A DNA stretch of 64,000 bases from positions 467,809-531,808 of the forward strand of contig OZ253457.1 of the NCBI GenBank assembly GCA_965261285.1, in the 5' to 3' direction. Shown here in pieces: positions 56,590-64,000 of this stretch. Each line of letters begins with the position of its first letter. Positions within the stretch are counted from its first letter, which is position 1. Under the pieces are notes generated by a model that saw only the letters and a list, made by a program, of their open reading frames with translations, was not told the DNA's origin and ran no database searches. The position numbers and the translations under genes were made by a program. The DNA is from Vicinamibacterales bacterium (GTDB lineage: Bacteria; Acidobacteriota; Vicinamibacteria; Vicinamibacterales; UBA8438).

Positions 56590-59346
56590 ATGGCCCGTCT
56601 CCGCGCCGCCTTCCTCCCGCTGGTCCTGAGCGCCGCGACGTCCGTTCCGGCGCCGGGCCAACCGGCGCCGCACGAGTTCCCCGGCTACACCCTGACCGCG
56701 TGGGACGCGCGGAGCGGCCTGCCCGCGAGCACGGTCTGGTCCATCACCCAGGACGCCGACGGCTATATCTGGCTCGGGACCGACAACGGCCTCGTCCGGT
56801 TCGACGGCGTGCGCTTCGTGCCCTGGGCCGCCCTGGGTCGTCCGGAGTTGCCGGTGGAGCAGGTGCTGGCCCTCTACCGGAGCCGGGACGCGAGCCTCTG
56901 GGTGGGGTTCGGCGGGACCGGCGGCGTCGCGCGGATTCGGGCCGGCGGCGTGACCCTCTATCGCGAGGGCACCATCGGCAACGGCCGCGTGACCACGTTC
57001 GGCGAGGACGCCGGGGGCGTCTGGGCCAGCGTCCTGGGCGAGACCTTCCGGTTGGTGGGGGACCACTGGGAAGCCTCCGACCGGGCGAGGCCCTCGGGCC
57101 CGGTGTCGGCCGTGACCGACGCGAGGCGCCGCCTCCCTTCCGACGCCCCGACGTACCGAGCGGTGCGCGACCGCGCCGGCGGCATCTGGGCCGGCACCCT
57201 GGGCGACGGGTTGTGGTACATCCGTCCCCATCCTCGCGGACCCGACGCCGGCGCGGGGGTCGAGCACGGGCTGACGGACGAGTCGATCCGGGGCGTCTAC
57301 GAGGACGTCGAGGGGAACATCTGGGTCGGGTCGCAGAGTGGCCTGCGCCGACTGTCGCCGAGCCGGGTGCACCGTTACCCGACCCGCGGCAGTATCCGGG
57401 CCGTTGCGGCAGGAATCGGCAACTCGGTCTGGGCCGGCACGAGCGTCGGCCTGCAACGTTTCGACGATGCCGGCAACGGAGTCGATTTCCCGGCCGCGGA
57501 GTCCGTGGACTCGCTTCACCGGGACCGCCGGGGCGTGCTCTGGCTGGGGACGTCCAGCGGCCTTGCCCGGCTCGCGGATGGACGCATCGAGCGCGTCTCC
57601 GGGCCCACCGACCGACGTCGATGGTTCGTCAGCGGCATCAGCTCCTTCGACGGAGGCGACATCTGGGTCAGTGACCTGGCCAGCGGCCTCCATCGATGGG
57701 ACGGCGATCGGTTGCATGCGGTTCCGGTGCCGCTCGACCCGCCCGTCTACTCGGTGCACGCGAGCCCGGGCGGCGACGTCTGGGCGGGCTTCACGGCGGG
57801 GCGCCTGGGGCGGCTTCGACCCGACGGCGCCTTCGAATCGTTCGAGATCCCCGACATGTCGGCGATCTGGTCCATCCACGAGGACCGCGACGGCGTGCTG
57901 TGGCTCGCCGGCACTGGCGGTCTCACCCGCTATCGGGCCGGCGTGTTCACCACCGTCAACGAGAGCCAGGGCCTGCCCGGCCACGTCGTCAGCGGCATCG
58001 TCGAGGACGAGGAGGGCTTCCTGTGGGCCGGCCTCGGCCTGGGCATCGTCCGCCTGCATCCGGACGAGGTCGAGAGGGTGGCGAACGACCCCGCCCACCA
58101 GGTCGACCTGCGCCTGTACGACGCGTCGGACGGACTCTCCGGGCCGCCGATCTGGCTGGGCAGCCCGAGCGCCGCCCGAGGGGTGGACGGCCGCCTGTGG
58201 TTCGTCACCGGCGGCGGGCTCACCGCGCTGGATCCGGACGCGTTGGGCGAGGCGCCCCCGCCGCCCCGGGTGCTCATCGAGGGCGCGTCCGTCGACGACC
58301 GCGATTGGGAGACGCGGGATGGAAGCGAGATTCCACCCTCGCCCTCGCGTGTGGTGGTCGATTACACGAGCCTGGGCCACGCCGCGGCCACCAAGATGCG
58401 GTTCCGCTATCGCCTCGAGGGTTACGACGGCGACTGGGTCGACGCCGGTGGGCGACGCCAGGCCGTGTACACGAACCTCGGACCCGGCGACTACACGTTC
58501 CGCGTCGTCGCCAACGACGGTCATCGCGACTGGTCGGAGGTCGGGCCGTCGTGGAGCTTCTCCATTCGGCCGCACCTGCACGAGACGCCCTGGTTCTTCG
58601 CCATGCTCGCGCTCCTCGTGTCGGCCGCGGCCGCGTTCGCCTGGCGCGTCAACGCGCGGGTGGCCCGGCAGCGGTTCGCACTCGTGCTCGGAGAGCGGAC
58701 CCGGCTGAGCCGGGAGATTCACGATACCCTGCTTCAGAGCCTCGTGGGGCTGTCGCTGCAGATCGAGACGCTGGCCAAGGGGCCGAATCCGCCGGGGGAG
58801 CCGCTCCGGGACCGGCTGGTCCGCCTGCGCAGGCAGGTCGAGGAGCACATCCGCGAAGCCCGCCAGGCGGTCTCCGATCTCCGTTCGCCCATGCTGCAGC
58901 GGACCAGCCTGGTCGAGGCCGTCCGCGCGGTGGGCGAGCAGGCCACGGAGGGCACCTCGACGAGCTTCTCCCTCCGGGTCGACGGCAAGCCCCGCCCCTG
59001 CCCGCCGGAGATCGAGGGCCATGCCCTGCGCATCGTTCAGGAGGCGGTCGCCAACGTCATGCAGCACGCGGGCGCGGGCCGCCTCGTGGTCGGCGCCGAC
59101 TACCGCGGCGCGGGCCTGAGGCTGGAGGTGACCGACGACGGCCGCGGCCTGACGCGGCCGGACGGCTCCGGCGTGACGCGGCCGGACGGCCCCGGCGGCG
59201 ATCTGGTGGGGTGGGGCCTGACCGGCATGCGGGAACGGGCCGCGGCGGCCGGCGGCACGCTGGAAGTGACGAGCGAGCCCGGGCGGGGCACGGCCGTGCG
59301 GGTGTCGCTGCCGACGCCGGAACACCGCGCGTCACGCCGCGGGTGA
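56590..59346 (+). CDS. sensor histidine kinase with periplasmic beta-propeller (Reg_prop) repeats and Y_Y_Y domain, HisKA_3 + HATPase_c
   Basis: This is the in-frame part of track ORF 55849..59346, starting from MARLRAAFLPLVLSAATS. It has repeated GxxWxGTxxGL propeller motifs, FRYRLEGYDGDWVDAG...YTNLGPGDYTFRV (Y_Y_Y), a TM helix, then REIHDTLLQSL (HisKA_3 H-box) and an ATPase domain. Confidence 0.9.
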   Translation: MARLRAAFLPLVLSAATSVPAPGQPAPHEFPGYTLTAWDARSGLPASTVWSITQDADGYIWLGTDNGLVRFDGVRFVPWAALGRPELPVEQVLALYRSRDASLWVGFGGTGGVARIRAGGVTLYREGTIGNGRVTTFGEDAGGVWASVLGETFRLVGDHWEASDRARPSGPVSAVTDARRRLPSDAPTYRAVRDRAGGIWAGTLGDGLWYIRPHPRGPDAGAGVEHGLTDESIRGVYEDVEGNIWVGSQSGLRRLSPSRVHRYPTRGSIRAVAAGIGNSVWAGTSVGLQRFDDAGNGVDFPAAESVDSLHRDRRGVLWLGTSSGLARLADGRIERVSGPTDRRRWFVSGISSFDGGDIWVSDLASGLHRWDGDRLHAVPVPLDPPVYSVHASPGGDVWAGFTAGRLGRLRPDGAFESFEIPDMSAIWSIHEDRDGVLWLAGTGGLTRYRAGVFTTVNESQGLPGHVVSGIVEDEEGFLWAGLGLGIVRLHPDEVERVANDPAHQVDLRLYDASDGLSGPPIWLGSPSAARGVDGRLWFVTGGGLTALDPDALGEAPPPPRVLIEGASVDDRDWETRDGSEIPPSPSRVVVDYTSLGHAAATKMRFRYRLEGYDGDWVDAGGRRQAVYTNLGPGDYTFRVVANDGHRDWSEVGPSWSFSIRPHLHETPWFFAMLALLVSAAAAFAWRVNARVARQRFALVLGERTRLSREIHDTLLQSLVGLSLQIETLAKGPNPPGEPLRDRLVRLRRQVEEHIREARQAVSDLRSPMLQRTSLVEAVRAVGEQATEGTSTSFSLRVDGKPRPCPPEIEGHALRIVQEAVANVMQHAGAGRLVVGADYRGAGLRLEVTDDGRGLTRPDGSGVTRPDGPGGDLVGWGLTGMRERAAAAGGTLEVTSEPGRGTAVRVSLPTPEHRASRRG

Positions 59347-59420
59347 CGGGCCGGGCCCTGCCGCGAGGCCGGGCGTGGGAGGCCCCTGTCGGCGTCGCGG
59401 CCCCGCCGGCGCGATGACCC

Positions 59421-60047
59421 ATGTCCGAGCCGATCCGCATCCTCTGCGTCGAAGACCATCGGATCGTCCGTGAGGGCATCCGCCTGCTCCTCGAGCGGGA
59501 GACGGACCTCGCCGTCGTGGCGGTCGCCGAGAACGGCGAGCAGGCCCTGGCGGAGCACCGCGCGCACCGCCCGGACGTGACCCTGATGGACCTGCAGCTT
59601 CCGGGGATGAGCGGGCTCGAGGCCATTCGCGCCATCCGGAAGGACTACCCGGACGCCCGGATCGTCGTGCTGACGATGTATCAGGGAGACGAGGCCATCT
59701 TCAGCGCGCTCGAGGCCGGCGCAACGACCTACCTGCTCAAGGACAGCCTGGCGGACGAGCTCATCGACGTCGTGCGCAGCGTCCACGCCGGAGGGCGCCC
59801 CATGTTGCCGGCCATCGAGGCGAAGCTCTCGGAGCACTCCAATCGCCCCAGGCTCACCCCCCGGGAGGTCGAGGTGATCAAGCTCGTGTCGGAGGGCTTC
59901 CGCAACCGGGAGATTGCCGCGATGCTCGGCATCAGCGAGGAGACCGCCCAGGTGCACCTCCGGAACATCTTCCAGAAGCTGGGCACGCGAGACCGCACCG
60001 CCGCCGTGCAGGTTGCGCTGCGACGGGGCATCCTGCAAGTCGGCTGA
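59421..60047 (+). CDS. NarL/LuxR-family response regulator
   Basis: Track ORF of 208 aa. The receiver is RILCVEDH...DVTLMDLQLPGMSG...TMY. The GerE/LuxR HTH is LTPREVEVIKLVSEGFRNREIAAMLGISEETAQVHLRNIFQKLG. Confidence 0.95.
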   Translation: MSEPIRILCVEDHRIVREGIRLLLERETDLAVVAVAENGEQALAEHRAHRPDVTLMDLQLPGMSGLEAIRAIRKDYPDARIVVLTMYQGDEAIFSALEAGATTYLLKDSLADELIDVVRSVHAGGRPMLPAIEAKLSEHSNRPRLTPREVEVIKLVSEGFRNREIAAMLGISEETAQVHLRNIFQKLGTRDRTAAVQVALRRGILQVG

Positions 60048-60156
60048 CGGCGCCGGACGCCGCTGGTCCCACGGGCCTCCGGCATTTCCGACCGGCAGGT
60101 TCTCCGGCCGTCGCCGAATCGCCGAATCACCGCCATTGCCCGTTGGTCGCCTCAGC

Positions 60157-60358
60157 CATACGGGTTTCCGGCATGACTTCAACAGCGTCGCCGGCGTCAC
60201 TTCCCGGATATGAACCCGGCATCCGCTCGTGGTTGGGTGCGAGCATACCGGTTTTCAGGTATCTCCAGGCTTCGGCATACCGGTTTTCAGGTATCGGAGG
60301 ATTTGGCAACCATCGTCTCCACGTTCAATGGCGGGCCGTCATACCGGTTTCCCGGTAT
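60157..60358. promoter_or_regulatory. array of four 19-bp dyad-symmetric repeats (cATACCGGTTT(T/C)C(A/C)GGTAT)
   Basis: cataccggttttcaggtat occurs at 60244-60262 and 60276-60294 (identical copies, 32 nt apart). cataccggtttcccggtat is at 60340-60358, 64 nt further on. A degenerate copy, catacgggtttccggcatg, is at 60157-60175. Each copy is an ATACC-N8-GGTAT inverted repeat. The array lies between the response regulator and the sigma-like gene. Confidence 0.6.
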
Positions 60359-60489
60359 TGCGGACTCGCGGCGGCACGGCTTATGGTTGTTTCCTGGGTC
60401 TTGGGGCGTCTCGTGCTTGCCCGGCATGAGTCGCCGCATTCATTCCTTTGTGGTTCGTCGAGGGGCACCGCAGGCGCCGAGGAGCGGGG

Positions 60490-60927
60490 ATGGTGGAAGA
60501 TCGTATCGAAAGAGGGGATGCCGTCGGGATGGCCGCCTGGCTGAGGTCGATCGCGAGCCTGGTCATCGAGAGACATATCGACGAGAGCCGGCAGGGTACG
60601 TCGAGCCCACCCGCCGTCGGTGCCCCGACGAAGGCGCGCAAGCTGCGCAACCGGTGGAAGACGGTGGAGCCCCACGTGGAGTCGCTCGCGCCGCGACAGC
60701 GGCAGGTGGTCAGGCTGAGGTTTCGAGAAGGGATGTGCTACGCGGATATCGCGGGTCGCCTGGGTATTCCCGTCGGCACGGTGCGCTCGCGGCTGGCGCG
60801 TGCCCGAGCGGCCATCGATGAGTTCTCTCGAGGTTCGACGAATCCGGTCGACTCGCATTCCGAGGCCTCCGGACGGGGTCTCGCGGAGCCGTCGAACGGG
60901 AGCTGCGAGCATTCGCCGGGCCTCTGA
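60490..60927 (+). CDS. sigma-70 family (ECF-like) protein with region 4 but no recognisable region 2.1-2.3
   Basis: This is the in-frame part of track ORF 60448..60927, starting from MVEDRIERGD. AWLRSIASLVIERHIDESR resembles the end of region 2. LAPRQRQVVRLRFREGMCYADIAGRLGIPVGTVRSRLARARAAI is a classical region 4.2. At about 145 aa it is shorter than typical ECF sigma factors. Confidence 0.65.
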   Translation: MVEDRIERGDAVGMAAWLRSIASLVIERHIDESRQGTSSPPAVGAPTKARKLRNRWKTVEPHVESLAPRQRQVVRLRFREGMCYADIAGRLGIPVGTVRSRLARARAAIDEFSRGSTNPVDSHSEASGRGLAEPSNGSCEHSPGL

Positions 60928-61767
60928 CGGGCCTGGACGAGCCCCCCTGCTGCAAGCCCTCGACAATCACGACGACGCTCAGGCGGTCCCCGGTTTCCGA
61001 AGTCGGTCGCCGGGGCGCTCGCCATGGCAAGCCCGGCCGGTGCGCTTCGTCCTCCTTCGCCTTCCACACCCCCCAGACAACCGATCGAGCCGATGGGGGG
61101 GGCGGCGAATCGTCCGTGTCCTCACCGCTTCGTCGTGGTGGTCGGGCCGAGTGATGGCGTTCGTCGAATGGAACCAGAATATCCATGTTTTTGGCCACTC
61201 AATTGACATGCATTGGATTCTGGGTTCCTTCGGCGCGGGGACCGACGCGCGACCGAGGCTCGGAATTTCAACGCGAATCGGGGTGTCGGCGGCCGGGCGC
61301 CGGCCGTTCGGGTCGACTGGCACGGTACTTGCTTATTTCTTCGGATTTGCGCGTGACGGGACTTGGCCCGGCCGGTTCCCGATGACCGCGACGACGTGCG
61401 ACATGGAACTCAATCGCCAGTTGGTTGGGGACCGAAATACGTTCGCATGGATCGCGGGTTCCTTTCGGGGCCGTGCAGCCTCTGCCAAGACGAGGGGATA
61501 CGCTTGGGGCAGGGGCGTCTGTCGGGTTGGGCGGGCCTTGTGCCCTGTGTCGAATTGGCGCTCGCTGCTCGCAGCGCCTGTATCGGCGTCGAGGGTGTTG
61601 CCTGGATTTCGTCATGCGGACGGCACGGTGTTTGCTTCGAGAGAAGTCAACATCGGCTTCGGCAGCGGCCGGGCGACGAAGCGACGATGCCAGGTTGCGT
61701 CGTGGAGTACGAGCGCGGCCGGCTGGGTGCGAACGGTGGATACGGCTTTCGGAGGAGGTTCTGGATA

Positions 61768-62511
61768 ATGCGTAAGCGTCTTGTATTCGGTTGTGTCCTG
61801 GCGACGGTGGCGGCGCTCGGCATGCCCCAGCCGGCGTCGGCGCAGGTCGGCGGAGACCTGGCCGTCGGGTACTCGTTCCTGACGAACGACCAGTTGGCCG
61901 CGAACGCGTCCAACCTGCCCCTCGGCTTCTTCTTCGACACGTCGTACCAGGTGAACGAGGGCCTCTCGCTCGCCTTCGACGTGAACGGCCACTACCGGCG
62001 GGGCATCGACGCGCACCCCATGTACTCCGGCGGCCCGAACGACATGCCGGTACGGCCCAACCCGAACCAGGACTTCCAGGCCCTCTCGTTCAACCGGCCC
62101 GAGCGGGAGTACTGCTCGCCGTTGCACGTGGGCGAGTACTCGAACCTGTGCCAGGTGCACATCCAGACCGCCAGCGTCGTCGGCGGCCCGCGTTTCCACA
62201 TGCAGGCGGGCGGCGTCCGGCCGTACTTCCACGCGCTGTTCGGGGTCGCGCGGTCGCTGCGCAAGATCGGCTTCTTCGCGCACACCGCGACCCACTGGGC
62301 GATTCAGCCCGGCGGTGGGGTCGACATCGACATGACGCCGAACACGGCGTTCCGCATCCAGGCGGACTACCGCCTGACGATGTTCCCGAACGAGGACGCG
62401 CAGACCGACCTGAGCGGGACGTCGTCGCTGGTGAACCCGGGCGGCGAGGACTTCAAGGAGCTCTCGTTCTCGCTCGGCTTCGTCGTGAGGCTCGGCGACC
62501 GGCGCAACTGA
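61768..62511 (+). CDS. outer-membrane beta-barrel protein, copy 2
   Basis: This is the in-frame part of track ORF 61363..62511, starting from MRKRLVFGCVLATVAALGMPQPASA. The mature part differs from copy 1 at only a few residues by eye (M/L, Q/R). Confidence 0.8.
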   Translation: MRKRLVFGCVLATVAALGMPQPASAQVGGDLAVGYSFLTNDQLAANASNLPLGFFFDTSYQVNEGLSLAFDVNGHYRRGIDAHPMYSGGPNDMPVRPNPNQDFQALSFNRPEREYCSPLHVGEYSNLCQVHIQTASVVGGPRFHMQAGGVRPYFHALFGVARSLRKIGFFAHTATHWAIQPGGGVDIDMTPNTAFRIQADYRLTMFPNEDAQTDLSGTSSLVNPGGEDFKELSFSLGFVVRLGDRRN

Positions 62512-62589
62512 GGGCCGGGCCGCGTTCGATTCGAATGGACAGAGAAGAGAGATGAATCGGTGGTTGTCTCTGATGGAGGAGGTGCACGC

Positions 62590-64000
62590 ATGAGGTTGGG
62601 TAGGTTCCTTGCGGTCGCGGCAGCCGTGTTGCTGCTCGCGCCCGCGATTGCCGTGGCGCAGAGCTCGATCGCGGGCACGGTCACGGACGACACCGGGGGC
62701 GTGCTTCCCGGTGTGACGGTCGAGGCGTCGAGCGACGTTCTCATCGAGGGGTCGCGGGTCGTCTTCACCGACGGCACCGGCAACTACAACATCATCGACC
62801 TGCGGCCGGGCGAGTACACCGTCGTCTTCACCCTGCCCGGCTTCGGCACCCAGGTTCGCGACCAGCTCATCCTGGGCGCCGACGTGGCCCTGCCCATCGA
62901 CGTGCAGATGTCGGTCGGCTCGGTCGAGGAGACCATCACGGTTTCCGGCGAGACGCCGGTGGTCGACGTGCAGCAGGTGCAGCGCATCGAGGTCATGACC
63001 CGCGAGACGCAGGAGGCGATTCCGACCGGCCGCAGCATGTGGTCGTACGCGCTCCTGATCCCGGGGGTGAAGGTGCACAAGCCGGACGTGGGCGGCACCG
63101 CGGGGGTGCAGCAGTCCGAGATGATGGGCCGCGGTCTCGACGCGTCGAACACGACGATCGAGGTCGACGGGATGATGATCAACACGATGATCAGCGACGG
63201 CCGGTACCAGGCCTACCTGAACCCGATGCTGGCGGCGGAGACGTCGTACACGACGTCGGGTCAGGGGGCGGAGACCCAGACCGGCGGGTTGCGCATCAAC
63301 ATGATCCCGAACGAGGGGGGTAACCAGTTCAGCGGGAACTGGTTCACGGGCTTCACGCCGGGGAACTGGCAGGCCGACAACCTCAATCCGGCGGCGCAGG
63401 CCCAGGGCATCCAGCAGGCCACGGGCGTGGACCTCATCTACGACAACAACGGGGCCGTCGGCGGCCCGGTGTTCCGCGACAAGCTGTGGTTCTTCTCGAC
63501 CGGCCGCTGGAACGGGGTGAACAACCAGATCACCAACAGCGTGAACCCCGACTACACGCAGGGCCTCGACAACAACACCATCCACAGCGCGAACGTGCGG
63601 CTGACGTGGCAGGTGACGCAGCAGCACAAGTTCTCGGCGATGTTCGACAAGGTGCGGAAGCGCCGGTTCAGCCAGCACGGCCCCGGCACCGACCTGAACA
63701 CGGCGTCGTCGTCGTGGACCTCCCCGCACTACGACACGGGGACGGCGAAGTGGACGGGGACGCTGTCGAACCGGATGCTGGCCGAGTTCGGGTTCTCGAT
63801 CATCTACGAGGACTGGGACCCCGGCTACTACCGGTACCGCGAGGACGGCGATCTGATCTTCCAGGACAAGCCCGACGCGTCGGCGCTGGCGACCTGCTTC
63901 TCGACGCCGTGCTTCCCCGAGGTGGGCTCGGCCGCGCACATGGCGCAGATGCCGGTGTCGATGGGCGGTGACCCGTGGTACAGCCAGGTCGCGGTCAACG
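62590..64000 (+). CDS. TonB-dependent receptor with carboxypeptidase-regulatory-like domain, copy 3 (runs off the window end)
   Basis: ATG after the ggaggagg RBS. MRLGRFLAVAAAVLLLAPAIAVAQSSIAGTVTDDTGGVLPGVTVEASS... is collinear with copies 1 and 2. It is closest to copy 2 in the NWQADNLNPAAQAQGIQQATGV block. There is no stop before 64000. Confidence 0.85.
   Translation, partial: MRLGRFLAVAAAVLLLAPAIAVAQSSIAGTVTDDTGGVLPGVTVEASSDVLIEGSRVVFTDGTGNYNIIDLRPGEYTVVFTLPGFGTQVRDQLILGADVALPIDVQMSVGSVEETITVSGETPVVDVQQVQRIEVMTRETQEAIPTGRSMWSYALLIPGVKVHKPDVGGTAGVQQSEMMGRGLDASNTTIEVDGMMINTMISDGRYQAYLNPMLAAETSYTTSGQGAETQTGGLRINMIPNEGGNQFSGNWFTGFTPGNWQADNLNPAAQAQGIQQATGVDLIYDNNGAVGGPVFRDKLWFFSTGRWNGVNNQITNSVNPDYTQGLDNNTIHSANVRLTWQVTQQHKFSAMFDKVRKRRFSQHGPGTDLNTASSSWTSPHYDTGTAKWTGTLSNRMLAEFGFSIIYEDWDPGYYRYREDGDLIFQDKPDASALATCFSTPCFPEVGSAAHMAQMPVSMGGDPWYSQVAVN

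Noticed and set aside
60800-61768. 322-aa + strand ORF between the sigma-like gene and OMP2 (a candidate anti-sigma factor)
   Set aside because: There is no TM segment or FecR/zf-HC2-like motif. The composition is patchy, crossing a low-GC non-coding-looking core, and the ORF overlaps the sigma gene end. Its C-terminal similarity to ORF 42408..42644 is explained by the conserved nucleotide leader.

Overview
High-GC (about 70% by eye) chromosomal DNA. The gene content looks Acidobacteriota- or Gemmatimonadota-like: CarboxypepD_reg-type TonB-dependent receptors, a DUF1592/DUF1552 pair and CRTAC1/ASPIC-UnbV proteins. This taxonomic guess rests on family recognition only; no searches were run.

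Layout, left to right:
- 1-15.9 kb: housekeeping and envelope genes. These are an ankyrin protein, DUF1592 + DUF1552, an FmdB zinc ribbon, a split NosR-like FMN-bind + 4Fe-4S membrane pair, an M1 aminopeptidase, a hemerythrin, a DUF4399 lipoprotein, pyrC and a TlpA-like redoxin.
- 16.1-20.5 kb, minus strand: a six-gene, translationally coupled operon. It runs small secreted Trp/Cys peptide, SpoIIM-like protein, ABC ATPase, ABC-2 permease, Yip1-like protein, unknown 406-aa protein.
- 21.1-27.4 kb: msrB, then ilvD-ilvB-ilvN-ilvC. The ilv genes are preceded by a Val/Ile-rich leader ORF with a terminator/antiterminator. ilvC is broken by a 1-nt insertion in a G run.
- 27.5-30.3 kb: a conserved hypothetical, tRNA-Pro(TGG), a small basic protein and an aminotransferase.
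- 30.5-64 kb: a paralogue-rich envelope supercluster. It holds three CRTAC1/FG-GAP + TPR modules (one fused), a GT39-like-TPR protein, a cytochrome c + PHM/DBH-like monooxygenase-TPR protein, and three OMP beta-barrel + TonB-dependent receptor units (the middle OMP is reduced to a 75-bp relic). It also holds hicAB plus an AAA ATPase, a beta-propeller/Y_Y_Y histidine kinase with a NarL-type regulator, and an N-terminally short sigma-70 region-4 protein behind an array of 19-bp dyad repeats.

A recurring feature is short tandem duplication (9-107 bp periods). Four of these span a stop codon or gene junction.

No CRISPR array, rRNA, transposase or integrase was seen. Many long ORFs in the supplied track are GC-driven shadow frames.
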